From positions 263,533 to 327,532 of the forward strand of contig CP063810.1 of NCBI GenBank assembly GCA_022818765.1: a stretch of 64,000 nt of DNA, given 5' to 3'. This stretch comes from Bordetella sp. (GTDB taxonomy: Bacteria; Pseudomonadota; Gammaproteobacteria; Burkholderiales; Burkholderiaceae_B). Numbering within the stretch: the first letter of the stretch is position 1; each line of letters starts with the position of its first letter. Below are positions 32,431 to 42,803 of the stretch, piece after piece. The notes under the pieces are model-generated. The model ran no database searches and was not told where the DNA came from. It saw nothing but the letters and a program-made list of their open reading frames with translations. The translations under genes and the position numbers were made by a program.

Positions 32431-33366
32431 AGTGATACAAATTCCTTATTTCATGATTTTTCTAGACAAATAATAATTATTTATCTAGTTTTTTTTTAAA
32501 GTATTAAATAAGTGAAAAACCATTCTCACTAAAATTTTAAAGTAAGTATCAAATCAATAGTCATTGAAATATTTTATAAATTTTGTTCTGATAATTTCAT
32601 TTTTATTTTGATAAAACTCGTCCTTTTTATAAAAAAATTATTGATAGTGGAATCTTTGATTAAACAAAATCTTTTAAATGATATTAATTTTAAGAAGCTA
32701 TATATGTAATGTTTTAATCCTTAATGAAAAATAATGTAGAAATGTATCAATCATTAATAATCATCCAATGGAATAATCAAAAACTTTTAAAGAGGATAGA
32801 AATGATATAATTCCATCTGAATCTTTATTGTCAACGTTTCTTAACGCTTTAAAAATCAAATATATTTTCTTATTGCAAAAAATTTTACTAAATATACTTA
32901 ATATGAATATTAAAAATTAATTAAATTTGGACATCTGTGCTATTAAAATAATTAATTTTTATTGATTATGTTGTAATTTTAAATCTAAAATTAATGAAAT
33001 TTAAATTCAAGTTTTATTTATTAAGATTATTTAACAGTCAGTTTTTTGACATTGAAAATAACGAGTTGTCTATTTTACTATTGAATAGCCTATCTTATTT
33101 TAAGCACATTTAAATAGATTATCATGTTTTAAGCATAATTAAACTGGATAGAATTTCTGATATCTAGAAACGATAAATTTAATTTTAATGAAAGTTTGCT
33201 CAAATTTTGATATGTGTTTAAACTTATTTTTTAATTTTGTCAATTGTTTTAATTATGGTTTTAAAATTTAGCTATATATATTAATATCAGCATTGTAATT
33301 CAACATTCTAACTTCAGATTCATATCCAGAATCTGGAAAGATTGTTATTAAATTAATAAAAAATTG

Positions 33367-33425
33367 TTTCATCAAAATTTAGTAAAAATTCAAGACTGTA
33401 TAATTTTTACTAAATTTTGATGAAA
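33367..33425. repeat. perfect 24-bp inverted repeat with 11-nt spacer (long hairpin/cruciform)
   Basis: Left arm TTTCATCAAAATTTAGTAAAAATT (33367-33390). Right arm AATTTTTACTAAATTTTGATGAAA (33402-33425) is its exact reverse complement. Confidence 0.9.
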
Positions 33426-33628
33426 TCAATGTTATCATTAAAGACTATGCATGATATGTCCTTTTTTTGAATTTTGATTTTGTAAAACTCTTTAAACAAA
33501 AAAGTAAGGGGTAGTTTTTTATATTTTTAGAAAATTTCTATATAATTGTTGCTAACAATCTACTATGAAATTTCTTTTCTACTGAAATTTTTCTTCTCTT
33601 TCTTATTCATCCGATAATCGTTAATCCA

Positions 33629-34884
33629 ATGCACTTGAATGAACTAAAGACACTGCATGTTTCTCAGTTGTTAGAAATAGCTGCAGGTCTGGAAATCGAT
33701 AACGCAAACCGCTTGCGAAAGCAAGAATTGATGTTTTCTATAATGAAGCGACGAGCAAAACATGGAGAACAAATATTTGGTGATGGAGTTCTTGAAGTTT
33801 TACCAGATGGTTTCGGATTTCTACGCTCTGCTGAAACTTCATATCTGGCGAGCACAGAAGATATTTATATATCACCATCACAAATTCGACGATTTAATCT
33901 TCATACGGGAGATTCTATTGAAGGTGAAGTTCGAACACCAAAAGATGGGGAAAGATACTTTGCTCTTATTAAAGTAGATACAGTTAATGGAGTAGCTCCT
34001 GAAACAATTAAACATCGAATCATGTTTGAAAATCTCACTCCATTGCATCCAGATCAACCTATGCGTTTAGAACGTGATATTAAGAGTGAAGAAAATTTAA
34101 CTGGTAGAATTTTAGATATATTTTCTCCAATTGGAAAAGGTCAAAGAGGTTTGATTGTTGCAAGTCCAAAATCTGGAAAAACTGTAATGATGCAACATAT
34201 TGCACATGCAATAACAACAAATTTTCCTCATTCAGTCATGATTGTTTTATTAGTGGATGAACGTCCAGAAGAAGTAACAGAAATGCAGCGAACTGTTCGA
34301 GGGGAAGTAGTGGCTTCTACATTTGATGAGCCTGCCACTCGGCATATTCAGGTAGCTGAAATGGTAATAGAAAAAGCAAAACGTTTGGTTGAGATGAAAA
34401 AAGATGTTGTAATTTTATTAGATTCTATTACACGATTAGCTCGTGCTTATAATACAGTTGTACCTGTTTCAGGAAAGATCTTAACAGGTGGAGTAGATTC
34501 AAATGCTTTACATCGCCCAAACGTTTTTTTGGTGCAGCACGAAACTTAGAAGAAGGTGGATCGTTAACAATTTTGGGGACAGCTTTGATAGAAACTGGTA
34601 GTCGTATGGATGAAGTGATTTATGAAGAATTTAAAGGAACGGGAAATTCAGAAGTTCATCTTGAGCGTCGATTAGCTGAAAAGCGTGTTTATCCAGCTAT
34701 TAATCTTAATAAATCCGGAACTCGTCGAGAGGAATTGTTGATTAGGAACGAATTTTTTCAAAAAGCTTGGGTGTTGCGAAAATTTATTCATGATATGGAT
34801 GAATTACAATCAATGGAATTTATACTTGATAAAATGCGTTCAACAAAAACCAATGCTGAATTTTTTGAAATGATGAAAAAATAG
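33629..34884 (+). pseudogene. rho: transcription termination factor Rho, one frameshift at 34519-34530 (AAA/T7 context)
   Basis: ORF1 (306 aa) carries the N-terminal, RNA-binding and P-loop regions (ASPKSGKT) and ends at [15 protein letters not shown]. Adding one nt gives the canonical [49 protein letters not shown], continuing into ORF2. Confidence 0.85.
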
Positions 34885-35304
34885 TACTTTTAAAATATTT
34901 GAATTTACAGTCGAATTTTTTTTGAAAATTATTTAATATTTTGTAAATATATTTACTTCTATATAAATTTGAGCAAACGATTTTTATCGAAATCTATATT
35001 CCTATCCAAACTTGGAATTCTTGCTAAGAAATAAATTTGATCGATTCATGTCGAATTATATCTTAAAAATTGCGATAATATCCTTTGAAAATAAGTATTA
35101 GCAATGCGTGCTAGAATTAGAATTAGCTATCTGAATTTTTGTTAACAACAACATTGATTTCATTTGTAAGATGAAAGAAAAGCATAAATTATAGAAGATT
35201 AATTTTTTGCTAAACAAATCATAACCTATCGGTTATGTAAGGACATATTTGAAAAACTAATTAGAAAATTCTTTTCTTAAATCTATATTTAATATTAAAG
35301 ATAT

Positions 35305-35955
35305 ATGTCAAAATCTACCGATTATAAAATTATTCCACCAATTAATCTCCGAAAAGTTTTGCTTCATTCGTGCTGTGCTCCATGTTCTGGAGAAATAATT
35401 GAAGCTATGAAAATTTCTAATATTAATTATTCTATTTTCTTTTATAATCCAAATATTCATCCAAAAAAAGAATACGAAATTCGCAAGAAAGAGAATATTC
35501 GTTTTGCAATAAAAAATAATATCGAGTTTATTGATGCTGATTATGATCCAAATAATTGGTTCAAGAGAGTGAAAGGATTTGAATTTTCGCCAGAACGAGG
35601 GCAACGTTGCACTTTATGTTTCGATATGCGTTTAGAACGCACAGCATTATATGCCTATGAACATGGCTTTAACATTATTACAAGTTCTCTTGGATTATCT
35701 CGTTGGAAAGATTTAAATCAGATTAATACATCTGGAGAAACAGCTGCTAGTCATTATCAAAATATCAAGTATTGGACATATAATTGGCGAAAGAAAGGTG
35801 GTTCACAAAGAATGATAGAGATCAGTAAGCGAGAAAAATTTTACCAACAAGAATATTGTGGTTGTGTTTATTCTCTTCGAGATACAAATTTGCATCGACG
35901 AAAAACTGGAAGAAAACCTATCCAAATAGGAATAAAGTTTTATGGAAATAAATGA
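35305..35955 (+). CDS. queH: epoxyqueuosine reductase QueH (DUF208)
   Basis: [12 protein letters not shown]-terminal Cys motif, RC..CF..R and EYCGCVYS motifs, 216 aa. Confidence 0.8.
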   Translation: MSKSTDYKIIPPINLRKVLLHSCCAPCSGEIIEAMKISNINYSIFFYNPNIHPKKEYEIRKKENIRFAIKNNIEFIDADYDPNNWFKRVKGFEFSPERGQRCTLCFDMRLERTALYAYEHGFNIITSSLGLSRWKDLNQINTSGETAASHYQNIKYWTYNWRKKGGSQRMIEISKREKFYQQEYCGCVYSLRDTNLHRRKTGRKPIQIGIKFYGNK

Positions 35956-36108
35956 GTTTAATTTTCATAATTGAATAACTAATCTTTCCTGATTGCATAT
36001 TTAAAAAATTAAATATTCCTTTAGATCTATTTCCATAGATTTCATTTGAATTATTAGCACTTTTTATGAACCTAGAATAATAATTCTATTTTTTAGATAA
36101 CAAATATT

Positions 36109-37932
36109 ATGATCAATCGCAATAAGAGAATAATAAATGTAGCAATAATAGCCCATATTGATCATGGAAAAACGACCATGATCGATCAATTGTTACGTCA
36201 ATCAGGTATATTTAGAGAGAATCAAATTCTTTCAGAAAGAATTATGGATTCAAATGATCTAGAAAAAGAACGAGGCATTACAATTTTGTCAAAAAATTGT
36301 TCAATTGAATATAATGAAGTTAGGATTAATATCTTGGATACACCAGGACATGCGGATTTTGGAGGAGAAGTAGAAAGAGTTTTATCTATGGTTGACAGTG
36401 TATTATTGTTAATAGATTCAGTTGAAGGTCCCATGCCGCAGACTATTTTTGTAACAAAAAAAGCACTTGCATTAGGTCTTAAACCAATTGTAGTAATTAA
36501 CAAAATTGATCGACCTGGATCTAGACCAGATGATGTAGTAAATAAAACATTTGATTTGTTTAGTAAACTTGAAGCAAATGATGAACAATTAGATTTTCCT
36601 ATAGTTTATGCGTCGGGATTATCTGGATTTTCAAGTCTTCATGCTCATGAAAGAACAGGTAACATGAAACCATTATTAGATACCTTGTTAAATCATGTTC
36701 AAGAAATAAATTATGATTATAATGGTCCTTTTCAGATGCAAATTTCTTCTGTAAGTTATGATTCTTACATAGGAAGAACTGGAATGGGACGCATTAATCG
36801 TGGCTATATTTATTCTGGTATGCCTGTAGCAATATGTTTTAGTGAAAATTCAGATATTACAAAAGGAAAAATTGGTCAAATCATAAGATTTGATGGATTA
36901 GAAAGAATCTCAATAAATGAGGCTAAAGCCGGAGATATAATCTTAATAAGTGGCATCGAAAATCTCAATATTGGAACAACGATAACAGATCCTAATGTAC
37001 CAGATCCATTACCTCCTATATATATTGATGAGCCTACATTAACAATGAATTTTATGGTAAATACTTCCCCTCTTGCTGGCAGTGAGGGCAAATTTGTAAC
37101 AGCTCGTCAAATTCGTGACCGTCTAAATAGAGAAACAAAATTTAATGTAGCTCTTCAAGTAAAAGAATTAGGAGATGGAATATTTGAAGTCTCTGGTCGT
37201 GGAGAATTACACTTAACAATTTTATTAGAAACAATGCGACGCGAAGGTTATGAACTAGCAGTTTCTCAACCAAATGTAGTTTGTAAAACGATCAAAGGAG
37301 AAAAGTATGAGCCATTCGAAACTTTAATATTAGATATTCAAAATATTCATCAAGGCAGTGTGATGGAAGAATTAAGTTATCGAAAAGCCGATTTACAAAA
37401 TATAACCCAAATTGGATCAGATCGTACTCAACTTGAGTATATTATTTCAGGAAGAGGATTGATAGGTCTTCAAAATGAATTAATGACATTAACTAGAGGT
37501 ACGGGTCTGATAAATCATGCTTTTTGTAAATATGATTTATTTTGTGAGAAGTTTTCAGGAAAGCATCGAAATGGAGCTTTAATTAGTCAAAACTCTGGTA
37601 AATCTGTTGCATATGCACTATGGAAATTGCAAGAACGTGGTCATCTTTTTATAAAACCAGGAGAGAATCTATATGAAGGTATGATAATTGGAATTCATAA
37701 TCGAGATAATGATTTAGTTGTAAATCCAATCAAGGGGAAACAATTAACAAATATACGTGCTTCAGGAAATGACGATGCAATAAGACTTTTTCCGCCAATT
37801 GAATTATCCCTAGAATACGCTGTTGAATTTATTGCTTCAGATGAATTAGTTGAAGTAACGCCAAAATCTATTCGTTTAAGAAAGTTACATCTTCAAGAAT
37901 CTAAGCGGCGTCAGACTGCTAGAAAATCATAA
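36109..37932 (+). CDS. typA: translational GTPase TypA/BipA
   Basis: 607 aa. AIIAHIDHGKTT, DTPGHADF, NKID G-motifs plus an EF-G-like domain layout. Confidence 0.9.
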   Translation: MINRNKRIINVAIIAHIDHGKTTMIDQLLRQSGIFRENQILSERIMDSNDLEKERGITILSKNCSIEYNEVRINILDTPGHADFGGEVERVLSMVDSVLLLIDSVEGPMPQTIFVTKKALALGLKPIVVINKIDRPGSRPDDVVNKTFDLFSKLEANDEQLDFPIVYASGLSGFSSLHAHERTGNMKPLLDTLLNHVQEINYDYNGPFQMQISSVSYDSYIGRTGMGRINRGYIYSGMPVAICFSENSDITKGKIGQIIRFDGLERISINEAKAGDIILISGIENLNIGTTITDPNVPDPLPPIYIDEPTLTMNFMVNTSPLAGSEGKFVTARQIRDRLNRETKFNVALQVKELGDGIFEVSGRGELHLTILLETMRREGYELAVSQPNVVCKTIKGEKYEPFETLILDIQNIHQGSVMEELSYRKADLQNITQIGSDRTQLEYIISGRGLIGLQNELMTLTRGTGLINHAFCKYDLFCEKFSGKHRNGALISQNSGKSVAYALWKLQERGHLFIKPGENLYEGMIIGIHNRDNDLVVNPIKGKQLTNIRASGNDDAIRLFPPIELSLEYAVEFIASDELVEVTPKSIRLRKLHLQESKRRQTARKS

Positions 37933-37988
37933 GATTATCTTTATAAAAAAATTTAAAAAGCACTCTATTTTTCATTGGACCTTCATTT

Positions 37989-40706
37989 ATGATAAAACAG
38001 ACTTTGTTATTAGTAGATGGTTCAAGTTATTTATATCGTGCATTTTATGCAATGCCAAATCTTCGAAACTCTCAAGGTCAACCAACAGGAGCAATATATG
38101 GAGTTTTGAATATGTTGCGCAAACTTTCTGCTCAATATAAAACTAATTATGGTGCCTGTATTTTTGATACAGGCGGAAAAAGTTTTCGAGATGATATATT
38201 TTTTTCTTACAAATCTAATCGTCCTCCAATGCCACCGGATTTAGTTTCTCAAGTGGAACCAATTTATCAAGCTGTGAAAATGTTAGGTTGGCCGGTTTTA
38301 AGAAAAAAAGGAATAGAAGCGGATGATATTATAGGAACATTATCTAAATTAGCTATAGAAAGCAATTTCGATACTATAATATTCACTTGTGACAAAGACC
38401 TTTGCCAGTTAGTCAATAATAAAGTGACTATCATTAATACAATGAGCGATGAGATCCTTACAGAATCAAATGTATTGAAGAAATACGGAGTTATACCAAG
38501 CCGAATAGTTGAATATCTTATGCTCGCTGGAGATAAAACTGACAATATTCCAGGTGTAAATAAAGTAGGACCAATTACAGCTGCAAAATGGCTTAACCAA
38601 TTTGGTTCGATAGATAATTTGCTAGTTTCAGCCAAAGATATTCAAGGTGTATTAGGAGAGAATTTGCGGGCAGCAATTCCAATGTTTTCATTAACTCGAC
38701 AGTTATTAACAATAAAATGTGATTTAAATTTAAATGAATTCTTTCATAATATTAATGAACTAAAATTTAACTTGTTGAATTTAAATAAATTTATTAGATT
38801 TTGCGAAAATTATGGATTTTACAAATGGATAAAAGAATTAAAAAATATTAAAAATCCTAAACAAGAGATACAAAAAAATTTTCTAAAAGATTATTTTATC
38901 ATTGATAATTATAAAGATCTTTTTGATCTAAAAAAAGAGTTAGAAAACTCTAATTTAATAGCTTTATCTACAGAAATCAGTTTATTTCAAGATAGGAATA
39001 GTATTTTAGAAGCAAAGCTTGTTGGTCTATCAATAGCGTCTATAACTGGAAAATCTTTTTATATTCCTTTAGCTCATTATTATTGTGAAAGCAAAAATAT
39101 ACAAGTTTCAAAGAAAGAAATCTTATCCGTTTTACAACCTTGGTTAGAAAATCCAAAGAAAAGTAAAATATTGTATGACGCAAAAAAAAGTATACACGTA
39201 TTAAAAAACGAAGGTATTGATCTTGCGGGTATTGCAGAAGATATAATGCTTAAAGCTTACATATTAGATCCACATCATAATGTGGCTATAGGAGATTTAT
39301 CAAAAAAATTTTTAAGTTTAGATATTGATTCAGATGATTTTTATACCTTTTATAAAAGCAAAATTGTAAATAATTTTGATCAAATTTCTATTAAAGAAGC
39401 TTCTTATTATTCAACAAAATTTGTTGAAATTGTTCTTCAACTATATCAACAATTAAGCTTTGAGAATATTTTCGATAAAAAATTGGAAAAAATATATAAA
39501 CTTGAAATGGAAATATCAAAAATCTTAATTTATATTGAGCGTACAGGGGTAAAAATAGATATTTCAATGCTATCTACACATAGTCAAAATTTGAACAAAA
39601 AAATGTTAAATATAAAAAATAGAATATATGAATTAGCAAAAATCCATTTTAATCTTAATTCTACTAAAGAATTAGCTGAAATTTTATTTCATAAACTGAA
39701 GCTCTCTCCTGCTCATAAAACAAGAAAAGGAACACTTTCAACAAATGAAGAATCATTAAAGCAATTAGCTTTAATTCACCCTTTACCTAAATTGATTCTA
39801 GATTATCGAGGATTAGCCAAAATTAAATCAACTTATGCAGATAAACTACCAAAACTGGTAAATCTTGAAACAAATAGAATTCATACAAATTATTCACAAA
39901 TATCTGCTATTACAGGTCGGTTAACATCTTCATACCCAAATTTGCAGAATATACCGGTGCGTAGTGAAGAAGGTAAACATGTGCGAAAATCTTTTATTGC
40001 AGAAGAAAAATTTTTTTTTGTATCTGCTGATTATTCGCAGATTGAATTGCGCATAATGGCTCATTTATCTAAGGATATAAATCTTATAAATGCTTTTCAA
40101 ACGAATAAAGATATTCATAAAATTACAGCATCAGAGGTTTTTCAAACCTCAATTGATAATGTAACTTTGGAACAAAGGCGAATGGCAAAAACAATAAATT
40201 TTGGATTAATTTATGGAATGGGTAGTTCAAAACTATCCTACAACCTAAAAATTTCCCGAACTTCTGCTAAAGAATATATTGATCGATATTTTTCTCACTA
40301 CCATGGAGTATCAAAATTTATAAAAAGAATCAAGATAATTGCAAGAGAACAGGGATATCTTGAAACAATATTTGGCCGGCGTTTAGAATTAAAAAAAATT
40401 CATGAGAATCATAAATTCTATCAAACATCAGCAGCAGAAAGAGCTGCTGTTAATGCACCTATGCAAGGTTCTGCTGCTGATTTAATTAAAAAAGCTATGA
40501 TAGAAATTTATCATTGGTTAAAAATAAAGAAAATGAAAACCAAGATAATAATGCAAGTACATGATGAGTTGTTATTAGAAACACCAGAATTTGAATTAGA
40601 GATTATTAAAAATAATCTTCCTGTTTTAATGTGTAACGTAGCAAATCTTCTTGTTCCACTTGTAACAAAAATTCAAATTGGAAAAAATTGGGGAGAAATA
40701 AAATGA
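37989..40706 (+). CDS. polA: DNA polymerase I
   Basis: 905 aa. 5'-nuclease N-terminus (LLVDGSSYLYRAFYA), central 3'-5' exonuclease-like region, polymerase motifs A/B/C (DYSQIELR, RR.AK..NFG..YG, QVHDEL). Confidence 0.9.
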   Translation: MIKQTLLLVDGSSYLYRAFYAMPNLRNSQGQPTGAIYGVLNMLRKLSAQYKTNYGACIFDTGGKSFRDDIFFSYKSNRPPMPPDLVSQVEPIYQAVKMLGWPVLRKKGIEADDIIGTLSKLAIESNFDTIIFTCDKDLCQLVNNKVTIINTMSDEILTESNVLKKYGVIPSRIVEYLMLAGDKTDNIPGVNKVGPITAAKWLNQFGSIDNLLVSAKDIQGVLGENLRAAIPMFSLTRQLLTIKCDLNLNEFFHNINELKFNLLNLNKFIRFCENYGFYKWIKELKNIKNPKQEIQKNFLKDYFIIDNYKDLFDLKKELENSNLIALSTEISLFQDRNSILEAKLVGLSIASITGKSFYIPLAHYYCESKNIQVSKKEILSVLQPWLENPKKSKILYDAKKSIHVLKNEGIDLAGIAEDIMLKAYILDPHHNVAIGDLSKKFLSLDIDSDDFYTFYKSKIVNNFDQISIKEASYYSTKFVEIVLQLYQQLSFENIFDKKLEKIYKLEMEISKILIYIERTGVKIDISMLSTHSQNLNKKMLNIKNRIYELAKIHFNLNSTKELAEILFHKLKLSPAHKTRKGTLSTNEESLKQLALIHPLPKLILDYRGLAKIKSTYADKLPKLVNLETNRIHTNYSQISAITGRLTSSYPNLQNIPVRSEEGKHVRKSFIAEEKFFFVSADYSQIELRIMAHLSKDINLINAFQTNKDIHKITASEVFQTSIDNVTLEQRRMAKTINFGLIYGMGSSKLSYNLKISRTSAKEYIDRYFSHYHGVSKFIKRIKIIAREQGYLETIFGRRLELKKIHENHKFYQTSAAERAAVNAPMQGSAADLIKKAMIEIYHWLKIKKMKTKIIMQVHDELLLETPEFELEIIKNNLPVLMCNVANLLVPLVTKIQIGKNWGEIK

Positions 40707-40812
40707 TTTAGAAATTAAATTTTTAATTCATTTTTTATTTTAAGATGGTAACATGTAAAGCTATTTTATTTTTTTGTTAGTCAACATGCTTTCTTTCTAA
40801 ACTTGGTTTTTT

Positions 40813-41643
40813 ATGCTTTTACTTTGGATTCTAATTTCCACAATTACTAGTGGTTTAATAACTATTCTTATTGCTAGTTGGTTAACATATAAAGTATTTT
40901 CTAAATACTTAAATCATATGGTAAGTTTATCAGTAGGAATTTTGCTTTCAGTAGGTCTTTTGCATTTATTACCTGAAGCTTATCAAAGTGGATTAGTAAA
41001 TCAACGAATCTTATTTAGTCTGATGTTAGCATCTCTAATTTGTTTTTTTATTTTAGAAAAAATTGATATTTTGAGGCATAATCATCATTATGAAGGTGAT
41101 GGTCATGGACATTTAGAAGGTTATGATCGACGTAAAGCTGGTCGAGGAGGAATATCAATTCTAATTGGAAGCTCATTACACAATTTTTCAGATGGAATAC
41201 TTTTATCAGCGGCATTCTTCGCTGATCCACTTATCGGATCTCTCACTGCATCATCAATAATTGTACATGAAATTCCTCATAAACTTAGTGATTTTGTTAT
41301 ATTGCGCAATGCAGGATTAAAATTAAAGCGATCTTTTACTCTAATTTTTTTTTCAAGTTTATGTTCGTCATTAGGAGCTCTTGTAGGTTATTTCATTTTT
41401 CAAGAGCATCAAAATTTTGTACCTTATTTTTTAGTTATAGCTTCAAGTAGTTTTTTATATATAGCAATGGCTGATTTAATTCCTCAAATGCATGAACAAA
41501 AATCACCTATTGAAACATTGCCTCAAATTTTATTTGTTGGAATAGGTATAATTGTTATTTATAGCATTACGAATTTGATACAAAATCACCATATACATGA
41601 TGAAAACCATTATCATGTAACTAGTTCACTATGTACAAAATAA
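40813..41643 (+). CDS. zupT: ZIP-family divalent metal (zinc) transporter
   Basis: 276-aa polytopic protein. His-rich loop (HNHHYEGDGHGH), HNF.DG and HEIP motifs of ZIP transporters. Confidence 0.75.
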   Translation: MLLLWILISTITSGLITILIASWLTYKVFSKYLNHMVSLSVGILLSVGLLHLLPEAYQSGLVNQRILFSLMLASLICFFILEKIDILRHNHHYEGDGHGHLEGYDRRKAGRGGISILIGSSLHNFSDGILLSAAFFADPLIGSLTASSIIVHEIPHKLSDFVILRNAGLKLKRSFTLIFFSSLCSSLGALVGYFIFQEHQNFVPYFLVIASSSFLYIAMADLIPQMHEQKSPIETLPQILFVGIGIIVIYSITNLIQNHHIHDENHYHVTSSLCTK

Positions 41644-41645
41644 TA

Positions 41646-42380
41646 TTACGTAACTAGACTAGTTGGCAATTCATTTAAAGAAAGCATTGCCATCTTAGGA
41701 TCTTTCATTGATTCTAAATTATTTAAACTTATAGATTGATTGAGAAAAAATGGTCCGATTCGAGTTCTTTTTAAGGATAATACATGAGCATAGGAACCTA
41801 TTTTTCTTCCGATATCTTGGGCAAGAACTCGAATATAGGTTCCTCTTCCACACATAACTTCTATTTCAGCTTCTAATTGATTAAATTTTAATAATTTGAT
41901 ATCATAAACATTGATTTCTCTAGGAGGTCTTTTTATTTCTATACCTTGTCTTGCATATTTATACAGTGGCTTTCCATTTTTTTTGAGAGCTGAATACATT
42001 GGAGGAACTTGTTGAATTGTTCCTAAAAAATCAGGCAATATGAACTCTATATTTTTTTGATTTATAGAATTAATAGGGCTTTGAATACTAGAAATAACCT
42101 TTCCTGTTAAATCACCACTATCAGTTTCTTTACCAAATTGGATTGTAGCTCTGTAGGTCTTTTTTTCCTTAAGTATAAAATCTGATATTTTTGTTGCACG
42201 TCCTAAACAACATATTAGTAATCCTGTTGCAAATGGATCAAGGGTACCCATATGGCCTGCTTTAGCAGCTCCAAGCTTTCTTTTTACACGCTGAAGCGCT
42301 TGGTTGCTAGATAAACCAGCTGGTTTATCTAGCAAAATAACTCCATCTAGCATTTCCTTTTGAATTTTATTTGAAATCAT
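41646..42380 (-). CDS. truB: tRNA pseudouridine(55) synthase
   Basis: GVILLDKP.G.SS, GH.GTLDP.ATG catalytic Asp motif. Lies in the rbfA-truB operon. Confidence 0.9.
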   Translation of the reverse strand: MISNKIQKEMLDGVILLDKPAGLSSNQALQRVKRKLGAAKAGHMGTLDPFATGLLICCLGRATKISDFILKEKKTYRATIQFGKETDSGDLTGKVISSIQSPINSINQKNIEFILPDFLGTIQQVPPMYSALKKNGKPLYKYARQGIEIKRPPREINVYDIKLLKFNQLEAEIEVMCGRGTYIRVLAQDIGRKIGSYAHVLSLKRTRIGPFFLNQSISLNNLESMKDPKMAMLSLNELPTSLVT

Positions 42381-42769
42381 ATTTTCTGATTTGCTTTTTC
42401 AATTAACTTTAAAATTTCGATATTTTCTAAATATTGTTTATCATATATGAATTTCAAAACAGGAGATTTTCGCAAATGCAAAAGTTTATACAATTTTTTT
42501 TGCATAAATCCTGAAACTTTATTAAGAATAATTTCTATTTCAAGAGGATCTTTTCCAATGACAGTAAAATAAACTTTTGCATTTGAAAAATCAGCAGATA
42601 GATCACAAAATGAAATTGTAAATATTCCAAGATCTTGTTTATCAAATTTATGATGAATTAATTTATTCAAATCTTTTTTAATTTGATTAGCCAGACGAAT
42701 TACTCGACAAGATTTCTGTTGATTTACGATCGGGTTATTAAGAAAATCTTTTGATTTATGAAGATTCAT
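42377..42769 (-). CDS. rbfA: ribosome-binding factor A
   Basis: 130 aa. R..R...QI...L motif. Position between infB and truB, 4-nt overlap with truB. Confidence 0.85.
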   Translation of the reverse strand: MNLHKSKDFLNNPIVNQQKSCRVIRLANQIKKDLNKLIHHKFDKQDLGIFTISFCDLSADFSNAKVYFTVIGKDPLEIEIILNKVSGFMQKKLYKLLHLRKSPVLKFIYDKQYLENIEILKLIEKANQKI

Positions 42770-42803
42770 GATGTTGATATGAACTTTAAAGATTTATAAT
42801 CTT

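Noticed and set aside
33230-33382. Apparent thioredoxin-like residues (e.g. ...ILTSDSYPESGKIVIKL...) suggesting a trxA relic just upstream of the inverted repeat
   Set aside because: Two mutually incompatible alignments could be made equally well. In this AT-rich composition, I/L/K/N/F-rich frames match almost anything. It is kept only as a hypothesis to test by blastx under the spacer finding.
33565-33585. Six-codon mini-ORF (MKFLFY*) just upstream of rho as a leader peptide
   Set aside because: There is no Shine-Dalgarno and no conservation information, and such mini-ORFs are frequent by chance in AT-rich DNA.
32431-33628. Replication origin in the long AT-rich spacer (divergent gene orientation on both sides)
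   Set aside because: I saw no DnaA-box-like 9-mers (TTATCCACA or its complement). There is no dnaA/dnaN/rpmH context, and gene orientation flips again at 41.6 kb. GC skew cannot be computed reliably by eye.
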